DNA of 64,000 nucleotides from an uncultured Clostridiaceae bacterium (lineage in GTDB: Bacteria > Bacillota > Clostridia > TANB77 > CAG-508), in contig CAMPYH010000002.1 of the NCBI GenBank assembly GCA_946998225.1, positions 121,598 to 185,597 on the forward strand. The letters are read 5' to 3'. The translations under genes were made by a program, and so were the position numbers. How positions within the stretch are numbered: position 1 is the first letter of the stretch; each line of letters starts with the position of its first letter. The notes beneath the pieces were generated by a model. It had not been told where the DNA came from and did no database searches. It saw only the letters and a program-made list of their open reading frames with translations. Of this stretch, positions 20,167 to 29,980 are shown one piece after another.

Positions 20167-23103
20167 TTACATAGATCCTTTTTTAATTACATCTATTATA
20201 TTCATATCATCTATTTTAGATCTTGCATACCTCATTGTTGTAAATATTATAATCATTACTCCGAATACAGCTATTAATATACTTTTCACGCTTAAATTAA
20301 CTTGTAATGATACATCTTTTTTAATTAGCAGTTCTAATATCTTCATTAATCCAAATGATGTTATTACTCCGTAGATTATTACTTTAGTTCCATAAAGTAC
20401 TGATTCATAATCTAACATTTTTCTCATTTGCTTTTTAGTCATACCCATTGATTTTAAATTTGCAAATTCTCTTTGTCTTAAAATTATATTTGTAGATATT
20501 GTATTAAATACATTAGATACAGATATTAATACTATAAGTACTATGAATCCATATACTAATATTTTAATAATTGTATTGACCGCTCTTATGCTTGCAAATA
20601 TTTTTCCTACATCTTCAAAATATTCTTGAATCACTATATCTGCTTCCGGATCGTTTTTCTTTTTATGGTCTCTCATATAGTCTTCAAATTTTTCTATATC
20701 TTCTTTATTTACACCTTTTGTATTATATAATTTTAAGTAATTTACTGATGGCATATAATATATTACCATATTATCTTTTAGATCCTCTAAAGCTTCTTTG
20801 TTATTTTTTTCTTCATCTGACATATTTTCTAGTGCTAATTTATATCTATATTCATTAATCTTTTTACCATATATTTTAGTTAGTTCTTCTTCTTTAGATA
20901 CATGGTCTTTATATATTTTCATGAATGTTTTTTTATTTACAATTATTCCACCGATATCTTCTTGATAAGAATCATTTCTTAATGTAGGGAAGTCTTCATC
21001 ATATATTACCTTATTAATTTTTAAATCTGTAAATTTAACATATTCTTTTTTTATTTTTTTATTTTCTTCATCATATATATCTTCTTTTATGTATATATTT
21101 GCATTATTTTTAGCACCTTTAATTGGTTTTATATTATAGTATTTATCTTTTGTATTTTTTACAAAATTACCTACTAGTATACCTTCACCATCTTTAAGTT
21201 CTACATTGTTCTTTTTTAAATACTTTTCTAATATTTCACCTTCTGCCGCTATTAATTTTGTACTAAACTTTTTATCTATATTTTCGTTTTCGAATTTTTC
21301 TCTTTCTTCTCTTTCTTTTCTAATATATTCCTCTTCCTTAGAAGCTTTATTTTTGTTTGTAAGTCCTCTTTTATCTTTTATATATTTAAGATATTCATTT
21401 TTTTCTTTTTCATTTATATCAAAATCATCGTAAGATAGTGCAAAATTGTTATTGATTTTAATTATATTTGCATTGTTTAATTTTTTATACTCTTTATCTT
21501 CTAATACATAATCTAAAGTCTTATTTAATTCTTCTATATATTTTTTACTATCTCTATTTTTAATATTTAATTTTCCATCAGATACTTTATGTGCTTCACT
21601 CACAAATCCTGATACAACATAATCTGCTACATTAAGTACATCTGGAGATATATTTGCCATTTCAGCAGTTCCAACTGAAAGAGTATTTTGTACTATTAAA
21701 AATATTACTACAGATACTGTAAGAGATAATATAGTTATTCTATATTTACCCTTACTTCTTTTTAAAGATTTGTTTGCAAGATCTCCTTCAACACCTAAAA
21801 GTTTTTTAGATATAAAACTTGTTCTAAGTTTTCTAGGTTTTATTACTATCTCATCAATACCTTTTATAGATTCTATTGGAGATGTTTTAGAAGCTTTTCT
21901 TGCTGGTCTTAAAATTCCAAAATATGTAACTATATATGTAACTATAGTTGTAGTTAAAATAACTGGCCAGTTAAATACCATTTTTAGTTTTAAGTCAGAC
22001 ATATATTCTGCTTCTGTTCCCATATTTATTAAACCAATCATTAGTTTATTAAGCATTATATAAAGTATTTTAATTCCAACAAGTCCAACTAAAAATCCGA
22101 ATAATAGTCCAAATGTTGCCATTATAAATGCTTCAAATGTTACAAGTTTCCTTATTTGTTTTTTGCTTGCACCTACTGATATAAGCATACCATAATCTTT
22201 TCTTCTCTCTGCTATAGATATTGTAAAGCTATTATATATTACAAGTATTGTAGCAGCACCTATTACAACGAATAAAAATATTTGTACTATCCAAAGTACT
22301 TTATTTATTTTATCATCACTTGTTTTATCATATGGTAAAAGTGCATAAGTATTGTAATCTACATTTTCTGCATTTCCTATTTGTTCATTTTCTTTTAATA
22401 AATTATTTGCTTTTAATATTTTTGTAAGATCTTGTAAAGCTGTTGATTTATTTTTAAATACTAAAGATATTCCAATATTTTTTTCATTATTTAAAATATT
22501 TTCTTTTTCAAAATCTTTTACTATAAATATTGCTGAATAATTTATCCTATTTCCAGATGTTATATAATCTACCTTGATTTTATCTATATCTGCTTTTATA
22601 CTTGCATCACCATCAAGTTTAGTTGCAGTTAATATACTGCTTTCTAATTCTTTAGTTTGTAAAGATGTTTTAATATTTTCTGTTACAATTACAGTTCCTT
22701 CTTTAAGTTTTACATCTTTGTCTTTTATTTTTCCAAAATATATATTTGGATCTTTTTCTAATTCTTTTTTATCTATATAGTATAGTCTCGCTTCTGCTAC
22801 ATATTTCTTGCTATTTTTTTCATCTTTTAATTTATATAGATTTTTTTCTACATATGGTGCAGCTGTTTCAAATTTAAGATTTTTCTTAAAATCTAATACA
22901 TTTTGTTTATTTATATATTTAACTATTGCTTCACTATTACCATCTAATATTTTTTGTGTATCTGATACAATTCTTTTACTTGATTCTGAAAGCATAGATA
23001 CAGTCATTATCATTGCTACAGCTATCATAAGTCCTATTATAGTTGCAATAGTTCTTTCTTTATTTGTTTTTAAGTATTTTATTGTAAGATTTCTAAAAAA
23101 CAT
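20167..23103 (-). CDS. ABC transporter permease with tandem FtsX/MacB-type domains (8 TM, two large extracytoplasmic domains)
   Basis: 978 aa containing two copies of the pattern TM, large loop, then 3 TM. FtsX-like segments are present (ERRKDYGMLISVGASKKQI and RQREFANLKSMGMTKKQM). Confidence 0.85.
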   Translation of the reverse strand: MFFRNLTIKYLKTNKERTIATIIGLMIAVAMIMTVSMLSESSKRIVSDTQKILDGNSEAIVKYINKQNVLDFKKNLKFETAAPYVEKNLYKLKDEKNSKKYVAEARLYYIDKKELEKDPNIYFGKIKDKDVKLKEGTVIVTENIKTSLQTKELESSILTATKLDGDASIKADIDKIKVDYITSGNRINYSAIFIVKDFEKENILNNEKNIGISLVFKNKSTALQDLTKILKANNLLKENEQIGNAENVDYNTYALLPYDKTSDDKINKVLWIVQIFLFVVIGAATILVIYNSFTISIAERRKDYGMLISVGASKKQIRKLVTFEAFIMATFGLLFGFLVGLVGIKILYIMLNKLMIGLINMGTEAEYMSDLKLKMVFNWPVILTTTIVTYIVTYFGILRPARKASKTSPIESIKGIDEIVIKPRKLRTSFISKKLLGVEGDLANKSLKRSKGKYRITILSLTVSVVIFLIVQNTLSVGTAEMANISPDVLNVADYVVSGFVSEAHKVSDGKLNIKNRDSKKYIEELNKTLDYVLEDKEYKKLNNANIIKINNNFALSYDDFDINEKEKNEYLKYIKDKRGLTNKNKASKEEEYIRKEREEREKFENENIDKKFSTKLIAAEGEILEKYLKKNNVELKDGEGILVGNFVKNTKDKYYNIKPIKGAKNNANIYIKEDIYDEENKKIKKEYVKFTDLKINKVIYDEDFPTLRNDSYQEDIGGIIVNKKTFMKIYKDHVSKEEELTKIYGKKINEYRYKLALENMSDEEKNNKEALEDLKDNMVIYYMPSVNYLKLYNTKGVNKEDIEKFEDYMRDHKKKNDPEADIVIQEYFEDVGKIFASIRAVNTIIKILVYGFIVLIVLISVSNVFNTISTNIILRQREFANLKSMGMTKKQMRKMLDYESVLYGTKVIIYGVITSFGLMKILELLIKKDVSLQVNLSVKSILIAVFGVMIIIFTTMRYARSKIDDMNIIDVIKKGSM

Positions 23104-23122
23104 AATTTCTCCTTTCTAATTA

Positions 23123-23809
23123 TTATACTAATTTTCTATCTTCAATTATTTTTCCATCTTCTATTGTTATCATTCTATCAGCCATAACAGCTAAATCTTC
23201 ATCATGTGTTATCATAAGTATGGTTTGTCCTAAAGATTTATTAGTATATTTTAAAAGTTCCATTATTTCTCTTGCGTTTTTTGTATCTAGATTTCCTGTT
23301 GGCTCGTCTGCAAGTATTATTGCTGGTTCATTTGAAAGTGCTCTTGCTATAGATACTCTTTGTTCTTGACCTCCAGATAATTCATTAGGAAGATTTTTTA
23401 ATTTTGTTTCAAGTCCTAATTTTTCTACCATTTCATTAAATTTTTTCTTATCTACTTTTTTTCCATCAAGTAATATAGGAAGATTTATATTTTCTTCTAC
23501 ATTAAGTATTGGAAGTAAATTAAAGAATTGGTAAATAAGTCCTACTTCACGTCTTCTAAAAATGGCAAGTTTTTCCTCTTTTAATGAATATATATCTACT
23601 CCATCAATATATATCTTTCCGCTTGTTGGTTTATCTACACCACCCATCATATGTAAAAGTGTAGATTTTCCAGAACCTGATTTACCAACAATTGATACAA
23701 ATTCACCTTTATCTACTTTAAATGAAACATTGTCCACTGCTTTTACAAAATTGCTTTTTCCTTCTTTTCCGTAATATTTACATAAATTTTCTACTTTTAA
23801 TATTTCCAT
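23123..23809 (-). CDS. ABC transporter ATP-binding protein (MacB/LolD-like)
   Basis: GKSGSGKST, LSGGQEQRV, ILADEPTGNLD and ITHD motifs. I set the start at M8 (ATG 23809), which has an AAAGGTG SD; the track's M1 has none. Confidence 0.9.
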   Translation of the reverse strand: MEILKVENLCKYYGKEGKSNFVKAVDNVSFKVDKGEFVSIVGKSGSGKSTLLHMMGGVDKPTSGKIYIDGVDIYSLKEEKLAIFRRREVGLIYQFFNLLPILNVEENINLPILLDGKKVDKKKFNEMVEKLGLETKLKNLPNELSGGQEQRVSIARALSNEPAIILADEPTGNLDTKNAREIMELLKYTNKSLGQTILMITHDEDLAVMADRMITIEDGKIIEDRKLV

Positions 23810-23828
23810 ATTACACCTTTTTCCTTTC

Positions 23829-23866
23829 ATTATAACTATATATATTAATTGTGACTATAAAGTGAC
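23829..23866 (-). promoter_or_regulatory. Candidate response-regulator-dependent promoter of the ABC genes
   Basis: Minus strand has TATAAT (23834-23829) and, 17 nt upstream, a weak -35 (TAGTCA). The direct repeat GTCAC...GTCAC has starts 11 bp apart (forward GTGAC at 23851 and 23862) and overlaps the -35. Confidence 0.4.
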
Positions 23867-23876
23867 AATAAAAAAA

Positions 23877-23892
23877 TAGAGCTAATGCTCTA
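23877..23892 (-). terminator. Short hairpin terminator between the DUF898-like gene and the ABC genes
   Basis: TAGAGC / GCTCTA stem with loop TAAT, followed by a T-run on the minus strand. Confidence 0.5.
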
Positions 23893-23896
23893 CTTT

Positions 23897-24247
23897 TTAT
23901 TCAAAATGTGTATGTTTTACCACCCATTTTTTCATAGCTATTTTTACCCATAGTCCATATATTCCAATTGTTATTATAGTAAGAAGAAACCACTTAATCC
24001 ATTGTCCAAAAAGTCCTACTGCTGTTCCATCAAATGTAAGTCTTCTTCCATTTATTACTGTATGTTTTGCTTTATATCTTTCCATTATTACTACAGACCA
24101 AGGAAGACATATTCCAAGAGTAAATGTACTAACCAATAATCCTAAAAGATATGTTAGGAAAAGTCCTGTTAATGTACCATCGAAATATGATGGTTCTTTA
24201 GCATCAACCACACTTACGTTTATGTTTACACTATTTTCATTATCCAT
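23897..24247 (-). CDS. Small membrane protein, DUF898 (YjgN)-like single repeat
   Basis: YFDG...FTLGICLPW...FDGT...ITIGIYGLW pattern, typical of DUF898 units. Confidence 0.5.
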   Translation of the reverse strand: MDNENSVNINVSVVDAKEPSYFDGTLTGLFLTYLLGLLVSTFTLGICLPWSVVIMERYKAKHTVINGRRLTFDGTAVGLFGQWIKWFLLTIITIGIYGLWVKIAMKKWVVKHTHFE

Positions 24248-24276
24248 AATTTTCTCCTTTTATTTATTTTTTATTT

Positions 24277-25746
24277 TTATTTATCTATTTTTTTAAACAA
24301 CACTTCGTTTATTTCATTTTTGGTTTTTTCTAAGCTGGCTTCATTTATTATTCCTATGTATAAATTTCTATTTGGCATAGAATATGTACGTCCATGGCTT
24401 CCTGTAACCTCTAGTGCATTTGAAGTAATTTTCCATTTTGGCATTTCATCTATTTGTTTTTTAGCATATTCTTTCATAAAGTCTACTGTTATATTTGTAT
24501 ATATTTCTTTTCCCATTGCCTCTATAATATTGTCTAGTCTTGCTAGTATACTAGGAGTTGTAGATATTTTTTGTATTGCAGCACTTATTATTTTTTGTTG
24601 GTTTTTACCTCTATCAAAGTCTCCATGTGCAAGTTGTTTTCTTTCTCTAGAGAATATTAATGCAGATTTACCATTTAAATGTATATTTCCATATTTAAAA
24701 TTTACTCCATCTCTATAGAAAGGTTTATCATTAAATACTGTAACTCCACCTATTAAATCTATAGCTTTAATAACTCCACTAAAGTTTATTCTAATAAAAT
24801 TATCTATTTCTATATCAAATAGATCTTCAATTGTTCCTACAGATTTATCTACTCCATATACTCCAGCATGTGTTAATTTATCTTTTAAACCTGTTGTACC
24901 TCTTAAATTAACATATGTATCTCTAGGTATATTTGTAAGAAGTATTTCATGTGTATTTGGATTTACTGTTGCTAAAATATTAACATCTGTTAATGAATTA
25001 ATATTAAGTCCAGATCTTGTATCTATTCCTGCAATATATACTATAAATGCTCCATTTTTATCTCGTTTATTTTCTTTTTGTTCTACTTTTTCTTCTAATG
25101 TAAATTCATAAATAAATCTCAATTTGTTTTTTAATATTGGGAATTGTTCAATAACAAAATCATATTCACCTTCACTTAGAAGAATTATATTAATTTTTCC
25201 TTCTATTAAATTATTTACAAGTTCGTTTATGTTATTAAAGTCTTTTCTATTATATTTTGTAGTTTCTTTAAGTTTATCAAACGCTTTATTAGCATTTTCA
25301 TTTATTTTAATTACACCTACTTCTTCAGTACTTTCAGTTGAAAATTTAATATCTTCTTTATTTGTAACAAGATAATATTTATTTGTTATTACTTTGCTAT
25401 TTTTTAAAGCATTAAACACTTTATTTGTACTATATATTCCTTTAAATCCTACTAGTGAAACTAAAATAGTTGGAACTAAAAGTATGTAGTAAAATATTTT
25501 AGATGCCTTTTTCTCTCTTTTAACATTTAATATTCCAAGTATAAGTGCTACTAAAGCAATTACTCCAAAGAATATTCCTAAATACTTATTAGGTAATATT
25601 TTTAAGTTATATACAAAGAAGCTTAATACTGCCAGCATTATTAATACTGTTAAATAACTTAGACTAAATATGTGTTTTCTTTTTTTACTTTTATCTTTTT
25701 TATCTTTTTTATCTTTTTTTTCTTCTTTTTTATCTCTTCTTCTCAT
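24277..25746 (-). CDS. LytR-CpsA-Psr (LCP) family glycopolymer ligase with 3 TM segments and a Lys-rich tail
   Basis: NIPRDTYV, KLTHAG and FSRERKQLAHGDFDRGKNQQK motifs. Confidence 0.85.
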   Translation of the reverse strand: MRRRDKKEEKKDKKDKKDKSKKRKHIFSLSYLTVLIMLAVLSFFVYNLKILPNKYLGIFFGVIALVALILGILNVKREKKASKIFYYILLVPTILVSLVGFKGIYSTNKVFNALKNSKVITNKYYLVTNKEDIKFSTESTEEVGVIKINENANKAFDKLKETTKYNRKDFNNINELVNNLIEGKINIILLSEGEYDFVIEQFPILKNKLRFIYEFTLEEKVEQKENKRDKNGAFIVYIAGIDTRSGLNINSLTDVNILATVNPNTHEILLTNIPRDTYVNLRGTTGLKDKLTHAGVYGVDKSVGTIEDLFDIEIDNFIRINFSGVIKAIDLIGGVTVFNDKPFYRDGVNFKYGNIHLNGKSALIFSRERKQLAHGDFDRGKNQQKIISAAIQKISTTPSILARLDNIIEAMGKEIYTNITVDFMKEYAKKQIDEMPKWKITSNALEVTGSHGRTYSMPNRNLYIGIINEASLEKTKNEINEVLFKKIDK

Positions 25747-25775
25747 ATTTATCCTTTCGCTTAAGAATTTTAAAC

Positions 25776-27077
25776 TTATTTTAAAAATCCTAATATAAAT
25801 TCTGAACCAAGTCCTTTTTTAGATTTTATATTAATATATCCATCTTGTGCTTCCATTATTTTTTTACTTATATTAAGTCCTATTCCAATACTTGTTTCTT
25901 TAGAATTTTTTCCTTTATAGAATCTTTTAAATATATTTTTAATTTCTTCTTTTGTAAGGCCTTCTCCTTCATCTTTTATATATATTCTAGAGTATAATCC
26001 TAAATCCTTAAAAAATATATATATTTTTTTATTTTCTTTAGATATTTCAATTGCATTTTTTAAAATATTTGATACAGCCTCCATACACCAGTTATAGTCT
26101 CCCATAAAATATGCATCTTCATTTTCTTCTAAAACTACTTCTATATTTCCAAGCTCTAAAGTATATCTAAATTTTTCTATTATCTTTTTAATAAAATCAT
26201 TAAAATATATTTTTTCCTTTTTAAACTGTATAGATTTTGCATCAAGTCTTGCCATCTTTAAAAGTTCTTCTATTAAAAATGAAATCTTCTTTATATCTTC
26301 TTCAATGCTTTTAGTCTTTTTAATATATGAGTTTATTAGTTTTATATTATTATCATTTTGATCTTCTTTGCTTTTATTTAATTCTATTTCTAAGTTTTTG
26401 TTTAATTCATTTTTAATACTATATATTTGAACACTTATATTGGATATTGGTATTCTTATTTGATGTGAAATATCTGAAATAAAGTCTTCTATACTTATTC
26501 TACTGCTTTCTTCTTCACTTAGTGTTTTAACATATTTTTGCACTAGTTTATTTATATCTGATTTACCTTTATATATCTCACCTTCACTATATTGAATTAT
26601 GTTTTCTAGTTTTGTTTTATCTGGATATGCTTCTAATATTTCAGAGATATCTGCTAAATGTTTTAAAATCTTTTTGTTTTCAATATAAAAATATATTATA
26701 CATATTGTATATATTAAAAATATTAAAGAGCTTAAAACTATAAAACTTTTTATATATTCACTATAATATATATCGTCTTTATTAAAATCTGTTTTTTCTA
26801 TTCCTTTATTAATATATACTTTTTCTTTAGAATCTAAATACTTTTTATATTCATTTTCATTTCTAATTTCTTTATCATATATTGCTAATATATTTGAATC
26901 TAAATTTTTATCTTTTTCTATATATTTAATAATACCTATTTCAACATTTTCTCTTAGATGTATATATCTTGCTTTAATTACAAAGTTTAATGCTATTAAG
27001 ATTAAAATTGGAATATATATGTATCTAAAATATATTTTAATAAATTTAAAAACTTTTTTACTATTATCTTTATTCAC
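25776..27077 (-). CDS. Sensor histidine kinase
   Basis: Two TM segments flank a roughly 70-aa loop. H-box is FISDISHQIRIPIS. The HATPase domain has IKDEGEGL and GIGLNISK. Confidence 0.85.
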   Translation of the reverse strand: MNKDNSKKVFKFIKIYFRYIYIPILILIALNFVIKARYIHLRENVEIGIIKYIEKDKNLDSNILAIYDKEIRNENEYKKYLDSKEKVYINKGIEKTDFNKDDIYYSEYIKSFIVLSSLIFLIYTICIIYFYIENKKILKHLADISEILEAYPDKTKLENIIQYSEGEIYKGKSDINKLVQKYVKTLSEEESSRISIEDFISDISHQIRIPISNISVQIYSIKNELNKNLEIELNKSKEDQNDNNIKLINSYIKKTKSIEEDIKKISFLIEELLKMARLDAKSIQFKKEKIYFNDFIKKIIEKFRYTLELGNIEVVLEENEDAYFMGDYNWCMEAVSNILKNAIEISKENKKIYIFFKDLGLYSRIYIKDEGEGLTKEEIKNIFKRFYKGKNSKETSIGIGLNISKKIMEAQDGYINIKSKKGLGSEFILGFLK

Positions 27078-27741
27078 TTAATTTATATCCCATTCCTCTC
27101 ACAGATTCCACAATATATTTTCCATCATTAAGTCCAACTTTTTCTCTTATTCTTTTAATATATACTGAAACTGTATTATCATTAACATAATTATCTGTTT
27201 TATTATATATAATATCTTTAATTTGTTCTCTAGATATTATCCATCCACTTTTTTCAAAAAAGTTTTCCATTATTTCATATTCAATATATGTAAGTGAAAT
27301 TTCTTTTTCACCTATATATATTTTTTTCCTAGCTGTATCTAGTACATATATTCCTCTTGTTATTTTTACATCTTTACTTTTCTTTCTTACTAGATTCCTA
27401 ATTTTAGATATTAATATTTCGGTATTAAATGGTTTTGTTATGTAATCATCTGCTCCAAGATCAAGTCCCATTACATTATCTTTTATTTCATCTCTTGCTG
27501 TTAAAAATATTGTTATAACTTCTTCTAAATTAACTTTGTTTTTTAGCTTCTTAAAAAGTTCAAAACCAGATTTATATCCTAAATTAATATCTATTAAATA
27601 TATATTATATGTATTTTTAAACTCATCTTCTGCTTCTTCAAATGTATATACACTTTTAACAATATATCCTTCTTTTTCAAGGATTTCTCTTAATGTATTA
27701 TTTAATGTTTTTTCATCTTCAATAATTAATATTTTATTCAT
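27070..27741 (-). CDS. OmpR-family response regulator
   Basis: Receiver domain (ILIIEDE, IDINLG) plus a winged-helix C-terminus (VRGMGYKL). Overlaps the kinase gene start by 8 nt. Confidence 0.9.
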   Translation of the reverse strand: MNKILIIEDEKTLNNTLREILEKEGYIVKSVYTFEEAEDEFKNTYNIYLIDINLGYKSGFELFKKLKNKVNLEEVITIFLTARDEIKDNVMGLDLGADDYITKPFNTEILISKIRNLVRKKSKDVKITRGIYVLDTARKKIYIGEKEISLTYIEYEIMENFFEKSGWIISREQIKDIIYNKTDNYVNDNTVSVYIKRIREKVGLNDGKYIVESVRGMGYKLSE

Positions 27742-28057
27742 TTTCTTTATTTAATTTTCCTTTAGCTTTTACTTTTTTAAATCTTCTTTTTTCAAGTCCT
27801 AATACTTTATTTGGTTTTACTGAAAATCTTGTAACACCTGGATTTCTGTCCATTTCAAGTTTCACAATATTAGGATGTGTGTATTCTTCTCTTAAAAATC
27901 TTAGTATTCTTTGTCCATATTTATATCCATGTATAACCATTACTTCTTTTATGTTTTTATCTAAAAAGTCTAATGCTATATCTAATTCGTATTTAATCTC
28001 TTCCATTGTCATACCATGTGCATCTATTACTATCCTATTTTCTTCTGAAACAAACAT
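27734..28057 (-). CDS. Smr-domain protein
   Basis: IDAHGMTMEEI...VMVIHGYKYG pattern. Its 3' end overlaps the response regulator start by 8 nt. Confidence 0.6.
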   Translation of the reverse strand: MFVSEENRIVIDAHGMTMEEIKYELDIALDFLDKNIKEVMVIHGYKYGQRILRFLREEYTHPNIVKLEMDRNPGVTRFSVKPNKVLGLEKRRFKKVKAKGKLNKENE

Positions 28058-28109
28058 ACTTTCCTTTCTTTATTTTTAATTTTAAATTTACTTTTAGTTA
28101 TGATTTCTA

Positions 28110-28916
28110 TTAATACAAAGATATATTTATATGTTTTTTAAAGCCTTTTTGCATAAGAAATATAAACTCATCTTTAACATCTTTTTCTAAATTAAAATTA
28201 AATATATTTTCTAAATTCGATGTATATATGTATTTAACACTTGTATATATATTTATATTAAACAAATACTTTTTAATAAGTAATCCTTCATTTTCCTTTT
28301 TATTCTCTTTTATATTTATTGATCCGTCTTTTGCTTTTTTCTTTTCTTCTTCTGTTTCATATCTATATTCTTTTAAAGTACCTGAATTTTCTAAATATAT
28401 GGAAAATTTATCTTCTTTGTTTTTTCCTTTATTTTTATTTAAACTTTCTTTTAAATCTAAAGAATATCCCATTTCAAAAAGTAGTCTTGATATAAATATG
28501 CTGTATATAAATTCTGGATCTTTATCTGTTTTAGAAAGATAGTTTAATGCAAGTACTCCAAGTTTTAAATAATTATATACTTCATAATTTTCTGGTGATA
28601 CTGTTTTTAAAACCTTTAATATTTTAAATCCATAATCCATTTTTGAATATGAAAATCTTAGGTCATAAAACATATCTACAATTGAAGCTGAGTTAATGTA
28701 ATACATATTTGATCCTTCATAAAGTACAAAATTTGAAAACGAAAAAACTTGTGTTGGTGCAAGTAATGTACTTTTAGGTCTTCTTGAACCTTTTGCAAAA
28801 GCAGTTATTTTTCCCATATCTGAAGTAAGTATAGTTATTACTTTATCATAGTCACCTGAATTTGCTTCTGAAAGAACTAATCCATATGTTTTTTTAATCT
28901 TACTATAACTCATCAT
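28110..28916 (-). CDS. recO: DNA repair protein RecO (divergent, with a Lys/Glu-rich insertion)
   Basis: N-terminal OB-fold pattern (GLVLSEANSGDYDKVITILTSDMGKITAFAKGSRRPKS). Fits era-recO synteny. Confidence 0.75.
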   Translation of the reverse strand: MMSYSKIKKTYGLVLSEANSGDYDKVITILTSDMGKITAFAKGSRRPKSTLLAPTQVFSFSNFVLYEGSNMYYINSASIVDMFYDLRFSYSKMDYGFKILKVLKTVSPENYEVYNYLKLGVLALNYLSKTDKDPEFIYSIFISRLLFEMGYSLDLKESLNKNKGKNKEDKFSIYLENSGTLKEYRYETEEEKKKAKDGSINIKENKKENEGLLIKKYLFNINIYTSVKYIYTSNLENIFNFNLEKDVKDEFIFLMQKGFKKHINISLY

Positions 28917-28923
28917 AACCTTT

Positions 28924-29832
28924 CTAGCTTTTAAATCTTTTTAATATATTTGGATCTTCAAGCCAATTTCTTTTAACTTTTACAAGTAATTTTAGATTAA
29001 CTTTTTCATCTAAAAATCTTTCTATGTCTAATCTTGAAGCTATACCTATTTGTTTTAAAAGAGCTCCACCTTTACCTATTACTATACCTTTATGGTTTTC
29101 TTTACTAACATATATATTTGCATGTATATCTATTATGTTTTCCTTTTTAGTTGTTTTTCTTTCTTTAAACTCTTCTATTTCAACATATATTTCGTGTGGT
29201 ATTTCTTCTCTTACAAATTTTAAAACTTTTTTCCTAATAATTTCTTCGCACATTGTTCTTACATCTTGATCTGTATATTCATCATCTGGGAAGTATTTAG
29301 GTCCCTTGTTTAAGTTTTTAAATATAATCTCTTTAATTTCATCTATTCTAGATTTTCTATCGTTTTTTAATGAAACAGGAATTATTGCCAAATATTCATA
29401 CTCCTTATTATATTCTTTAATCTTTAAAGCAATATCTTCACCATTTACAAGATCTTCTTTATTTAAAATTAGTATAGCCTTTTTATTATATTTTTTAAGT
29501 TCATCAATAATTTTTAAATTAAACTGATTTATATTTTTTTCTTTAAGAGAAACTAAATGTACAACTATATCTGCATCTTTAATATTTTTTATAGCTTCAG
29601 TATTTAAAACATCTGAAAGACTAGACTTCCTTTTATGAAGTCCAGGTGTATCTATAAATATTGCTTGCATATTTTTATCTGTATAAATACCAAGCACATT
29701 TTTTCTAGTTGTTTGTGGCTTTGGAGTAACTATAGATAGTTCTTCACCTATAAACTTATTAATAAATGTAGACTTTCCTGCATTTGTTTCACCAACAACT
29801 GCTATATATCCTGATTTAAATTCTTTTTCCAT
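28924..29832 (-). CDS. era: GTPase Era
   Basis: GETNAGKST, DTPG and NKED motifs plus a C-terminal KH domain (GKGGALLKQIG). Confidence 0.95.
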   Translation of the reverse strand: MEKEFKSGYIAVVGETNAGKSTFINKFIGEELSIVTPKPQTTRKNVLGIYTDKNMQAIFIDTPGLHKRKSSLSDVLNTEAIKNIKDADIVVHLVSLKEKNINQFNLKIIDELKKYNKKAILILNKEDLVNGEDIALKIKEYNKEYEYLAIIPVSLKNDRKSRIDEIKEIIFKNLNKGPKYFPDDEYTDQDVRTMCEEIIRKKVLKFVREEIPHEIYVEIEEFKERKTTKKENIIDIHANIYVSKENHKGIVIGKGGALLKQIGIASRLDIERFLDEKVNLKLLVKVKRNWLEDPNILKRFKS

Positions 29833-29894
29833 ATATATTTATCCTTAATTTTTATTCATACATATTATACAATGCATAAGCTTTATCTTCAAAT

Positions 29895-29917
29895 AAAAAA
29901 GAGCATTGCTCTTTTTT
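29895..29917 (-). terminator. Hairpin terminator between the DUF3048 gene and era
   Basis: AAAAAAGAGC / GCTCTTTTTT stem with a 3-nt loop. Confidence 0.55.
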
Positions 29918-29980
29918 ATTTATTCATTTTTTATTTAGTTTTTATTTATCTTTTATCTGTTTTTATCTATTTTTATTTAT

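Noticed and set aside
25681-25746. Repetitive TTTTTTATC units (KKDKKDKKDK at the protein level) at the 5' end of the LCP gene
   Set aside because: This is an in-frame, low-complexity Lys/Asp codon repeat inside a CDS. It is not an independent repeat element. It could be slippage-prone, but nothing indicates phase variation because the frame is intact.
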